Assembly: GCF_009914755.1 (NCBI RefSeq)
Contig: NC_060928.1
DNA length: 64,000 bases
Direction: 5' to 3' (one strand)
Origin: the human T2T-CHM13v2.0 reference genome, Homo sapiens
Shown here piece after piece: positions 28,955-41,885 of this stretch; within the stretch, counting starts at the first letter, position 1, and each line of letters starts with the position of its first letter. Made by a program: the position numbers and the translations under genes. The notes beneath the pieces are model-generated. The model did no database searches. It was not told the origin of the DNA and saw nothing but the letters and a program-made list of their open reading frames with translations.

Positions 28955-29500
28955 TAAATCAAAGTCTTGAAAAGAGAATCTGAAAGCAGCAAGGGAGAAG
29001 TGACTCATCAAATAAAAGGGATGCTCAGTAAGATTATCAACAGATTTAACATCCTAAATTTTGAAGGCCAAAAGGCAATAGGCAAATATATTCAAAGTAC
29101 TAAAAGAAAAAAAATTGTCCACCAAGAATCCTATACACAACAAAACTGTCTTTCAAAAGAGAGGGAGAAATTAAGATGTTCTCAAGTGAACAAGAGCTGA
29201 ATGAGTTTATTACCTAGATCTTCCCTGGAAGAAATGCTAAGGAAATCCTATGAGGTGAAATGAAAGGACACTATATAGTAACTTAAAACCATAAGAAGAA
29301 ATAAAGATCTTAATAAGGATAAATACACAGGCAATTTTAAAAGCTAGTGTTATTATAACAACAGTTTATAATTCTGCTTTTTATTTTCTACATGATTTAA
29401 GACACAAATACATATATTAATAAAACAATTAATAGTGTAAGAGCTGGTATTATTGTAACTTTGCTGTATAACTCCACATTTTGCTTTCTTCATAATTTAG

Positions 29501-29807
<307 letters not shown>

Positions 29808-30080
29808 AATGCATTTAAAATAATTACTAGTTTATGTTTTGGGGCACACAATGTATAAAGATGTAGTTTGTGGCATCACAATTAAATAGGATGCGGACAG
29901 AAATGTTAAAGGAGTAGTTTTTGTATGTTACTGAAGTTAAGCTGATATAAATTTAAATTAGAGTGTTATAACTTTAGGATGTGAAATGTGATCCCCACGG
30001 TAACCACAAAGAAAATAGCTATAGATTATATACAAAAATGAGAAAGGAATTTAAATATTTCACTACAAAAAAATAAACTT

Positions 30081-30392
30081 GGCTAAGCATGGTGGCTCAC
30101 ATCTATAATCCCAGCACTTTGGGAGGCCAAGGTGGAAGGATTGCTTGAGACCAGGAGTTTGAGAACAGCCTGGGCAATGCAGGAAGAACATATCTCTACA
30201 AATAATTTTTTTAAAGTATCCAGGCATGGTGGTGCATGCCTGTGGTCTCAGCTACTTGGGAGGTTGAGGTGGAAGGATCACTTGAGCCCAGGAGTTCGAG
30301 GCTGCAGTGAACCAAGATCATGCCACAGCACTCCAACCTGGATGACAGAGCAGGACCCCATCTTAAAACAAACAAACAAACAAACAAGTAAA
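30081..30392 (+). mobile_element. AluJ
   Basis: Dimer with (CAAA)n tail. Confidence 0.88.
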
Positions 30393-30448
30393 CACAAAAG
30401 AAGATAGTAATGCAAGAAATGAGAGACAAAAAAACTATGAGACATATT

Positions 30449-30748
30449 AGCCAGGCATGGTGGCTCACGCCTGTAATCCCAAAACTTTGGGAGGCTGAGG
30501 CAGACAGATAGCTTGAGCCCATGAGTTGAAGATGAGTCTGGGCAACATGGCGAAACCTTGTCTCTACAAAAAACACAAAAATTAGCCAGGCATGGTGGTT
30601 TGCACCTGTAATCCCAGCTACTTGGGGGGCTGAGGTGGGAGGTTTGAGCCTAGGAGATGAAGGTTGCAGTGAGCCGAGATCACACCACTGCACTCCAGCC
30701 TGGATAATAGAGTGAGACCCTATCTAAAAAACAAAACAAAACAAAACC
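30449..30748 (+). mobile_element. AluJ/S
   Basis: Dimer; flanks aaactatgagacatat / aaactataaggcatat. Confidence 0.88.
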
Positions 30749-31069
30749 CAAACTATAAGGCATATAGAAAACAAATAACTAAATGACAGAAGTCCCTCCT
30801 TATCAGTAATTAAGTGTAACTGGATTAAACTCTCCAATTAAAAGACAGAGATTGGCAGAATGAATAAAAAATGCATAAGCCAACTATATGCTCTCTGTAA
30901 GAAACTTACATTAAATCCAAAGACATGAATAGGTTGAAAGTAAAAGATGGAAGAAAAAAAGATATTCCATATAATCAGTAATCAAAAAAGAGCAGGAGTG
31001 TCTATATAAATATCAGATAAAATAGACTTTAAAAAATTTGCAAGAGATAGAGAAGGAGATTATATATTA

Positions 31070-31415
31070 CTTTAAACCAACAATGATTTAAAAAGACAAA
31101 GAAGGGCATTATGTAATGGTAAAGGGTTCAATTCAGAAAGAAGAGTTAACTATCCTAAATATATATGCACCCAACACAGGAGCACCTAGATTCATAAAAC
31201 AAGTTCTTAGAGACCTACTAAGAGACTTAGATAACCACACAATAATAGTTAGACACTTGAACTCTCTACTGACAGCGATAGACACATCATTAAGGCAGAA
31301 AACTAACAAAAACATTCAGGACTGGAACTTGACATTTCACCAAATGGACAAACAGACATCTACAGAACTCTTGACCTCGAAACAACAGAATGTACTTTCT
31401 TTTCTTCTGCACATG
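31070..31415 (+). mobile_element. L1P-type endonuclease-domain fragment
   Basis: ORF 31116: MVKGSIQKEELTILNIYAPNTGAPRFIKQVLRDL. Confidence 0.85.
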
Positions 31416-33233
31416 CACAGCAGACTTAGTCTTTCCCCCAGCTAGCTCTGAGGAATCTGGGCAGCCCAGACAAGTGGTTTCCTTCCAGTGTAGCACACCC
31501 CCTCCACCAAGGGGCAGTCAGAGTGCTTCATTAAATGGGTCCTGCATCCCATGCCCCTCAACTGGGTGAGACCCCCCCAACAGGGTCACTAGACACCTTA
31601 TACAGGAGTGTTCCTGCTGGCATCAGGTCGGTGCCCTTCAAGGTCAGAGATCCCAGAGGAAGGAGCAGGCACATGTCTTTGCTGTTCTCCAGCCTCTTTG
31701 GGTGACATCTCCAGGTGCGGGAGGGACACAGAAGAATAGGGCCTGAAGTGAACCCCCAGCAAACTGCAGCAGCCCTATAGAAGAGGGACCTGACTATTGA
31801 AAGGAAAACAAACAGAAAGCAACAACAACAGCATCAACAAAAATGTCCCCACGAAAACCTCATCCAAAGATCAGCAGCCTCAAAGATCAAAACTAGACAA
31901 ACTCATTAAGATGAGAAAGAATCAATGAAAAATGCTGAAAACTCAAAAGGCCAGAATGCCTCTTCTCCAAATGATTGCAACACCTCTCCAGCAATCTCTG
32001 ATTTCTACGGAGGATGAGATGGATGAATTGACAGAAGTAGGCTTTGAAAGGTGGGTAATAACAAACTTCACTGAGGTAAATGAGCATGTTCTAACCCCGT
32101 GTGAAGAAGCTAAGAACCATGATAAAAGCTTACAGGAGCTGATAACTAGAATAACCAGTTTATAAAGGAACATAAATGACCAGGTAGAGCTGAAAACCAC
32201 AGCACGAGAACCTCATGATGCAAAAACAAGTATTAATAGTTGGATCGATCAAGTAGAAGAAAGAACATGAGAGCCTGAAGACTATCTTGCTGAAATAAGG
32301 CAGGCAGACAAGATTAGAGAAAAAAGAATGAAAAGGAACAAATAAAACCTCTGAGAACTATGGGACTATGTAAAAAGACCAAACCTACGACTGATTGGAG
32401 TACCTGAAAAAGACAGGGAGAATGGAATCAAGTTGGAAAACACACTTCAGGATATCATCCAGGAGAACTTCCCCAACCTAGCAAGACAGGCCGACCAAAT
32501 TTAGGAAACACAGAGAACCCCAGTAAGATACTCCACGAGAAGATCAACCCCAAGACACATAATCATCAGATTCTCCAAGGTTGAAATGAAGGAAAAATGG
32601 TAAGGGCAGCCAGAGAGAAAGGCCAGGTCACCTACAAAAGGAAGCCCATCAGACCAACAGCAGACCTGTCACCAGAAGTTCTACAAGCCAGAAGACAGTG
32701 GGGACCAATATTCAACATTCTTAAAGAAAAGAATTTTCAACCCAGAATTTCATATCCAGTCAAACTAAGCTTCATAAGTGAAGGAGAAATAAAATCCTTT
32801 TCAGACAAGCAAATGTTGAGGGAATTCATCACCACCGGGCCTGCCTTGCAAGAGCTCCTGAAGGAAAGCACTAAGTATGGAAAGGAAAAACCAGTACCAG
32901 CCATTGCAAAAACATAACCCTTAAGTGTTATGAAATAATTAGGAACCCAGCCCAGCTCTAGGATTCACCCCTGAGCACAAAGGCAATGTTGGGCATGCTG
33001 GTAAAGGACCACTAGAATCCAGCAGCCCAGACCCCTTTCTTTGTGGTCAAGAAAAGCAGGAAAAGGGTGCAGGACTGCTACATCGGTGAGCGTAACTAAT
33101 CCGATAAGCAGAAGTCCATGGGTGGTTATGCACCCTGGAAAGGAATAAGCATTAGGACCATAGAGGACGCTCTAGGACTAATGCTCATGGGAAAATGACT
33201 AAGGGTGCTGGCATCCCTCTGTTCTTTTTTCAG

Positions 33234-34694
33234 ATGGGAAACGTTCCCCCCAAGGCAAAAACGCCCCTAAGATGTATTCTAGAGAATTGGGACCAATTTA
33301 GCCCTCAGATGCTAAGAAAGAAATGACTTATATTCTTCTGCAGTACTGCCTGGCCACGATATCCTCTTCAAGGGGGAGAGACCTGGCCTCCTGAGGGAAG
33401 TATATATTATAACACTATCTTACAGCTAGACCTCTTTTGTAGAAGAGAAGGCAAATGTAGTGAAGGGACATATGTACAAACTTTCTTTTCATTAAGAGAC
33501 AACTCGCAATTATGTAAAAAGTGTGATTTATGCCCTATAGGAAGCCCTCAGAGTCTACCTCCCTACTCCAGCATCCCCCCGACTCCTTCCCCAACTAATA
33601 AGGACCCCCCTTCAACCCAAACGGTCCAAAAGGAGATAGACAAAGGGGTAAACAATGAACCAAAGAGTCCCTATATTCCCCGATTATGCCCCCTCCAAGC
33701 AGTGGGAGGAGGAGAATTCGGCCCAGCTGGAGTGCAGGTAGCTTTTTCTCTCTCAGATTTCAAGCAAATTAAAATAGACCAGGTAAATTCTCAGAGAACC
33801 CTGATGGCTATATTGATGTTTTACAAGGATTAAGACAATTCTTTGATCTGACATGAAGAGATATAATGCTACTGCTAGATCAGACACTAACCCCAAATGA
33901 GAGAAGTGCCACCATAACTGCAGCCTGACAGTTTGGCAGTCTCTGGTGTCTCAGTCAGGTCAATGATAGGATGTCAACAGAGGAAAGAGAATGATTCCCC
34001 ACAGGCCAGCAGGCAGTTCCCAGTGTAGACCCTCACTGGGACACAGAATCAGAACATGGTGATTGGTGCCACAGACATTTGTTAATGTGTGTGCTAGAAG
34101 GACTAAGGAAAACTAGCAAGAAGCCTATGAATTATTCAATGATGTCCACTACAACACAGAGAAAGAAAGAAAATCCTACCGCCTTTCTGGAGAGACTAAG
34201 GTAGGCATTGAGGAAGTATACCTCTCTGTCACCTGACTCTATTGAAGGCCAACTAATCTTAAAGGATAAGTTTATCACTCAGTCAGCTGCAGACATTAGA
34301 AAGACACTTCAAAAGTCCACCTTAGGCCCGGAGCAAAACTTAGGAGCCCTATTGAACTTGGCAACCTCAGTTTTTTATAATAAAGATCAGGAGGAGCAGG
34401 TGGAATGGGACAAACGGGATTAAAAAAAAGGTCACTGCTTTAGTCATGGCCCTCAGGCAAGCGGACTTTGGAGGCTCTGGAAAAGGGAAAAGCTGGGCAA
34501 ATTGAATGCCTAATAGGGCTTGCTTCCAGTGCAGTCTACAAGGACACTTTTACAAAGATTGTTTAAATAGAAATAAGCCGCCCCCTTGTCCATGCCCCTT
34601 ATGTCAAGGGAATCACTGGAAGGCCCACTGCCCCAGGGGATGAAAGTCCTCTGAGTCAGAAGCCACTAACCAGATGATCCAGCAGCAGGACTGA
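33234..34694 (+). pseudogene. gag: HERV-W gag, disabled
   Basis: Starts MGNVPPKAKTPLRCILENW; capsid segment LKDKFITQSAADIR; zinc-knuckle remnant; ends cagcaggacTGA; several internal stops and a frameshift. Confidence 0.88.
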
Positions 34695-37290
34695 GGGTGC
34701 CTGCAGCAAGCACCAGCCCATGCCATCACCCTCACAGAGCCCCGGGTATGCTTGACCATTGAGGGCCAGGAAGTTAACTGTCTGCTGGACACTGGTGCAG
34801 CCTTCTCAGTCTTACTCTCCTATCCCAGACAACTGTCCTCCAGATCTGTCACTATCCGAGGGGTCCTAGGACAGCCAGTCACTAGATACTTCTCCCAGCA
34901 CTAAGCTGTGACTGGGGAACATTACTCTTTTCACATGCTTTTCTAATTATGCCTGAAAACCCCACTCCCTTGTTAGGGAGAGACATTGTAGCAAAAGCAG
35001 GTGCCATTATACACCTGAACACAGGAGAAGGAACACCCGTTTGTTGTCCCCTGCTTGAGGAAGGAATTAATCTTGAAGTCTGGGCAACAGAAGGACAATA
35101 TGGATGAGCAAAGAATGCCCATCCTGTTCAAGTTAAACTAAAGGATTCCACCTCCTTTCCCTACCAAAGGCAGTACCCCCTTAGACTTGAGGCCAAACAG
35201 GGACTCAAAAAAATTGTTAAGGACCTAAAAGCCCAAGGCCTAGTAACACCATGCAGTAGCCCCTGCAATACTCCAACTTTAGCAGTACAGAAACCCAACG
35301 GACAGTGGAGGTTAGTGCAAGATCTCAGGATTATCAATGAGGCTGTTGTCCCTCTATACCCAGCTGTACCTAACCCTTACATTCTGCTTTCCCAAATACC
35401 AGAGGAAGCAGAGTGGTTTACAGTCCTGGACCTTAAGGATGCCTTTTTCTGCATCCCTGTACATCCTGACTCTCAATTCTTGTTTGCCTTTGAAGATCCT
35501 TCAAACCCAATGTCTCAACTCACCTGGACTGTTTTACCCCAAGGGTTCAGGGATAGCCTCCATCTATTTGGCCAGGCATTAGCCCAAGACTTGAGCCAGT
35601 TCTCATACCTGGACACTCTTGTCCTTCAGTACATGGATGATTTACTTTTAGTGACCCATTCAGAAACCTTGTGATGTCAAGCCACACAAGCGCTCTTAAC
35701 TTTCCTCTTTACCTCTGGCTACAAGGTTTTCAAACCAAAGGCTCAGCTCTGCTCACAGCAGGTTAAATATTTAGGGCTAAAATTATCCAAAGGCACCAGG
35801 GCCCTCAGTGAGGAACGTATCCAGCCTATACTGGCTTATCTTCATCCCAAAACCCTAAAGCAACTAAGAGGGTTCCTTGGCATAACAGGCTTCTGCTGAA
35901 TATGGATTCCCAGGTTTGGTGAAATAGCCAGGCCATTAAATACACTAATTAAGGAAACTCAGAAAGCCAATACCCATTTAGTAAGATGGACATCTGAAGC
36001 ACAATCAGCTTTCCAGGCACTAAAGAAAGCCCTAACCCAAGCCCCAGTGTTAAGCTTGCCAACAGGGCAAGACTTTTCTTTATATGTCACAGAAAAAATA
36101 GGAATAGCTCTAGGAGTCCTTACACAGGTCTGAGGGACAAGCTTGCAACCCGTGGCATATCTGAGTAAGGAAATTGATGTAGTGGCAAAGGGTTGGCCTC
36201 ATTCTTTACGGGTAGTGGAGGCAGTAGCAGTCTTAGTATCTGAAGCAGTTAAAATGATACAGGGAAGGGATCCTACTGTGTGGACATCTCATGATGTGAA
36301 CGGCATACTCACTGCTAAAGGAGACTTGTGGCTGTCAGACAACCGTTTACTTAAATATCAGGCTCTATTACTTGAAGGGCCAGTGCTGCAACTGCGCACT
36401 TGTGCAACTCTTAACCCAGCCACATTTCTTCCAGACAATGAAGAAAAGATAGAACATAACTGTCAACAAGTAATTGCTCAAACCTATGCTGCTCTAGGGG
36501 ACCTTCTAGAGGTTCCCTTGACTGATCCTGATCTCAACTTGTATACTGATGGAAGTTCCTTTGTAGAAAAAGGACTTCGAAAAGCAGGGTATGCAGTGGT
36601 CAGTGATAATGGAATACTTGAAAGTAATCCCCTCACTCTAGGAACTAGTGCTCAGCTGGCAGAACTAATAGCCCTCACTCAGGCAATAGAATTAGGAGAA
36701 GGAAAAAGGGTAAATATATATACAGACTCTAAGTATGCTTACCTAGTCCTCCATGCCCATGTGGCAATATGGAGAGAAAGGGAATTCCTAACTTCCGAGG
36801 AAACACCTATCAAACATCAGGAAGCCATTAGGAAATTAGTATTGGCTGTACAGAAACCTAAAGAGGTGGCAGTCTTACACTGCCTGGGTCATCAGAAAGG
36901 AAAGGGAAATAAAAGAGAACCACCAAGCAGATATTAAAGCAAAAAGAGCCACAAGGCAGGATGCTCCATTAGAAATGCTTATAGAAGGACCCCTAGTATG
37001 GGGTAATCCCCTCTGGGAAACAAAACCCCAATATTCAGCAGAAGAAATAGAATGGGGAACCTCACGAGGACATAGTTTCCTCCCCTCAGGATGGCTGGCC
37101 ACCGAAGAGGGAAAAATACTTTTGCCTGCAGCTAACCAATGGAAATTACTTAAAACCCTTCACCAAACCTTTCACTTAGGCATTGATAGCACTCATCAGA
37201 TGGCCAAATTATTATTTACTGGACCAGGCCTTTTCAAAACTATCAAGCAGATAGTCAGGGCCTGTGAATTGTGCCAATGAAGTAATCCCC
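34695..37290 (+). pseudogene. pol: HERV-W pro-pol, disabled and truncated in integrase
   Basis: Protease LLDTGA (~34783); RT LDLKDAFF, LPQGFRDS, QYMDD (ORF 35315-35674); RNase H YTDGSS, SAQLAEL, IYTDSKY (ORF 36143-36937); integrase HHCC start LHQTFHLG...CELC. Confidence 0.92.
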
Positions 37291-37315
37291 TACATTACAG
37301 GCCATACATTTTAAT

Positions 37316-37549
37316 CCCTGTATCTTTAACCTCCTTGTTAAGTTTGTCTCTTCCAGAATCAAAGCTGTAAAACTACAAATCGTTCTTCAAATGGAGCCCC
37401 AGATGCAGTCCATGACTAAGATCTGCCGTGGACACCTGGACTGGCCTGCTAGCCCTTGCTCTGATATTAATGACATTGAAGGCACCCCTCCCAAGGAAAT
37501 CTCAACTGCACAACCCCTACTACACCCCAGTTCAGCAGGAAGCAGTTAG
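37316..37549 (+). pseudogene. env: HERV-W env C-terminal remnant (cytoplasmic tail)
   Basis: Translates PCIFNLLVKFVSSRIKAVKLQIVLQMEPQMQSMTKI...PLLHPSSAGSS*, matching the syncytin-1/MSRV Env tail. Confidence 0.92.
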
Positions 37550-37607
37550 AGCGGTCATCAGCCAACCTCCTCAACAGCACTTGGGTTTTCCTGTTGAGAG
37601 GGGGTAC

Positions 37608-37933
37608 TGAGAGACAGGACTAGCTGGATTTCCTAGGCTGACTAAGAATCCCTAAGCCTAGCTGGGAAGGTGACTGCATCCACCTTTAAACACGGGGCTT
37701 GCAACTTAGCTCACACCCGACCAATCAGGTAGTAAAGAGAGCTCACTAAAATGCTAATTAGGCAAAAACAGGAGGTAGAGAAATAGCCAATCATCTATCG
37801 CCTGAGAGCACAGCGGGAGGGACAATGATCGGGATATAAACCCAGGCATTCGAGCTGTCAACAGCTACCCTCTTTGGGTCCCCTCTCTTTGTATGGGAGC
37901 TCTGTTTTCACTCTATTAAATCTTGCAACTGCA
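37608..37933 (+). promoter_or_regulatory. LTR17 U3-R with CCAAT boxes, octamer-like site, TATA and polyA signal
   Basis: tgagagacaggactagctgg start after the PPT; ccaat ~37721 and ~37787; atgctaat 37751; tataaa ~37835; attaaa 37915-37920. Confidence 0.9.
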
Positions 37934-40293
37934 AAACACACACACACACACACAAACACACACTGAAGTACAAAGATGAATGACACCATGATGAAACTGC
38001 ATCAACTAGTGTGCAAAATAAGCAACTAGCATCATGATGACAGGATCAAATTCACACATAACAATATCAACCTTAAATGTAAATGGGTTAAATGTCCCAA
38101 TTAAAAGACACAGACTGGCAAATTGGATAGAGTCAAGACCCATCAGTGTGCTGTATTCAAGAGACCTATCTCAAATACAAAGACACACATAGGCTCAAAA
38201 TAAAGGGATGCAGGAAAATTTATCAAGCAAATGGAAAGCAGAAAAAAGCAGGGGTTGCAATTCTAGTTTCTGACAAAACAGACTTTAAACCAACAAATAT
38301 TTAAAAAGACAAAGAAGGACATTACATAATGGTAAAGGAATCAATTCAACAAGAAGAGCTCACTATCCTAAATATATATGCACCCAATACAGGAGCACCC
38401 AGATTCATAAAACAAGTTTTTAGAGACCTACAAAGAGACTTAGACTCCCACACAATAATAAGGGGAGACTTTAGACTTTAACACCCCACTGTCAATATTA
38501 GTTCATTGAGACAGAAAATTAACAAGGATATTCAGGACTTGAACTCAGCTCTGGATCAAGTGGACCTGATAGATATCTACAGAACTCTCTACCCCAAAAC
38601 AACAGAATGTACATTCTTCTTAGTGCCACATGGGGAGGGAGAGCATCAGGATAAATAGCTAATGCATGCAGAGCTTAACACCTAGGTGATGGGTTGATAG
38701 GTGCAGCAAACCACCATGGCACACATTTACCTATGTAACAAACCTGTATGTTCTGCACATGCATCCCAGAACTTAAAATAAAATAAAATTTAAAAATTTT
38801 AAAAAAGAAGGGGACAGAGGAAAAAAATGATCAATGTAATGAACCATATTAACAGAATGAATAACAAAAAACACATGATCATCTCAATTGATGTAGAACA
38901 TGTATTTGACATAATTTAACACCCGTTAATGATAAACACACTCTACAGACTTGGAATAGAGAAAAAGTGCCTCCAAATAATAAAAGCTACATAGGAAAAT
39001 CCACAGTGAACACCATACTTATAGTGAAAGACTAAAAGCTATTCCTTTAAGGTTAGAAACAAAGCATAGATGTCTACTTTCTCCACTTCTATTCATCATA
39101 ATACTGGAAGTTCTACTCAGAGCAATCATTCAAGAAAAATAAATAAAAGGCATCCAAGTTGGAAAAGAAGAAGTAAAATTATCTTTGCAGATGATATGAT
39201 TTTATATGTAGAAAACCCTAAAGATTCCACATACAAAAAGTTGAACTAATCAATTAATTCAACAAAGTAGCAAGACACCTTTGTGTCTTTTGCATGTTGA
39301 CTTTTCAACATGCAAAAATCAGTTGCATTTTTATACACTGACAACAAACAATCTGAAAAGGAAATTATGAAAATAATTATATTTACAATAGCATCAAAAA
39401 GAATAAAATACTTGAGAATCAACTTCACCAACATGGTAAAAGATTTGTACAATGAAAACTACAAAATATTGATGAAAGAAATTTTTAAAGGCATAAGTAA
39501 ATGGAAACATATCCCTTTTTCATGAATTGAAAGATTTAATATTGTTAAGATAGCAACACTATCCAAAGCAATCTATAGACTCAATGCAATCTCTATCAAA
39601 ATCCCATTTTTTTGTAGAAATAGAAAAACACATCCTAAAATTCATACGAAATTTCAAGGGATCCCAAACTGACAAAACAATCTTGAAAAAGAAGAACAAA
39701 GCTGGAGGACTCACATTTCCTGATTTGAAAACTTAATACAAAGCTACAATAATCAAAGCAGTGTAGTATTGGTATAAAGACAGAAATATGGACCAATGGA
39801 ATTGAATAGGAAGCCCAGAAACAAACCTGCACATTTATGTTCAAATAATTATTTTACAAAGGTGCCAAGATCCCTCAATGGGGAAAAGATAGTCTTTTCA
39901 ACAAATGGTGCTGGGAAAACTGGACAGTCATATGCAAAGAATGAAGCTGGAGCCTTACCTAGCACCATATGCAAAAATTAACCCAAAATGGATAAAAACC
40001 TAAATGTAAGCCCTAAAACTATTAAAATCTTAGAAGAAAACATAGAGCAAAAGCTTCATGACATTGAATTCGGCAGTGATATCTTGGATATGACATTAAA
40101 GACATGTGCAACCAAAGAAAAAATACAGAAAAATTGAACTTCATAATAATTTTAAATTTTTATGCATAAAAAGCTATACAACACAGTAAAAAAGGCAACC
40201 CACAGGATGGGAGAAATTGTTTGCAAATCATATATCTGATAAAGGATTAATATCCAGGATATAAAAGAATTCCTGAAACTCAACAACAATTTA

Positions 40294-40728
<435 letters not shown>

Positions 40729-41520
40729 TTAGAAAATACAAATCAAAACAACTATAAGATACCACCTCACACCTATTAGGAGGGCTACTATCAAACAAAC
40801 AGAAAATAACAAGTGTTGGTGAAGATGTGGAGAAATTGAAACCATGTGCATTGTCGGTGGGAATATAAAATGGTGCAGTCCTTGTAGGAAACAGTATGGC
40901 AGTTCCTCAAAAAATTAAGAATAGATTACCATATGATCCAACAATTTCTCTTCTGAGTGCTGAAAGAATTGAAAGCAGAGTCTCAAAGAGATATTTGCAC
41001 ACCCGTGTTCATAACAGCCTTGTTCACAATAGCTAAAATTTGGAAGCAACTCAAGTGTTCACTGATGAATGGATGAATGAATAATCAAAATGTAGTATAT
41101 ACATACAATGGAATATCACACAGACTTACAAAGGAAGGAAATTCTGACATACGCTACAACACAAATGAATCTTGAGGACACTATGCTAACCAAATTAAGT
41201 CAATCATAAAAAGAAAAATACTGTGCGATTCCACCAATAGGATGTATTAATACTTAGAGCTATCAATGTCATAGACACAAAAGTAGAATGGGGGTTGTCA
41301 GGAGCTGGGGGTAGGAGAAGATGTGGGAATTTAATGGGTACGGAGTTTCTGTTTTACAACGTGAAAAAGTGATGGAGATGAATGGTGGTAATGGAGATGA
41401 ATGGTGGTAATGGTTGCATAACATTATGAATATATTTAATGCCACTGAACTATACACTTAAAAATGGTAAGATGGTAAATTTTATGCATGTGTATTTTAG
41501 CACAATTTTTAAGTGAGGGG

Positions 41521-41885
41521 AAAATGAAATCTGATATATGCTACAACATGGATGAACCTTGAAGACGTGATGCTAGGTGAAATAAGCCAGACACAAAAGA
41601 CAAATGTTGTATAATTCCTCTTTTATAAGGTTCCTGGAAATAGTCAAATTCATAGAAATAGAAAATAGAACAGTGGTCACCCAGGGCTGAGAGGAGCCAG
41701 GAATAGGGAGTTAGCATTCAATGGCTACAGAGTTTAACGGGGGCTAATGACAAAGTTCTGGACATGGATGGTGGGGATAGTTGCACAACAATGCAAAGGT
41801 ACTTAATGCCACTGAATGGTACAAGGAAACATCAGTAAAATGGTACATTTTATGTTATATATACTTCACCACAATAAAAAAGAAA
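41521..41885 (+). mobile_element. Host L1MB-like 3' end, right part
   Basis: Resumes aaaatgaaatctgatatatgctacaacatggatgaacc where 26890 stops; ends ccacaataaaaa. Confidence 0.75.

Larger units (their letters stand above)
32926..37960 (+). mobile_element. HERV-W (HERV17/LTR17) processed pseudogene, 5'-truncated
   Basis: Pre-gag leader, gag, pro-pol, syncytin-like env tail, PPT and LTR17 U3-R ending just after ATTAAA; no 5' LTR, no U5; A/CA tail. Confidence 0.93.
31416..38810 (+). mobile_element. L1PA (PA8-13-like): partial 5'UTR, ORF1, endonuclease domain joined directly to the 3'UTR end; split by HERV-W
   Basis: ORF1 from ~31911 (RAAREKGQVTYK...FQPRISYP); resumes at ~37960; ORF2 start ~38034; jump at ~38632 to ggagggagagcatcagg and A-rich tail. 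Confidence 0.85.

Noticed and set aside
37316-37933. ERVW-1 (syncytin-1) gene
   Set aside because: Only the env tail is present, it keeps the four residues absent from syncytin-1, and there is no 5' LTR.
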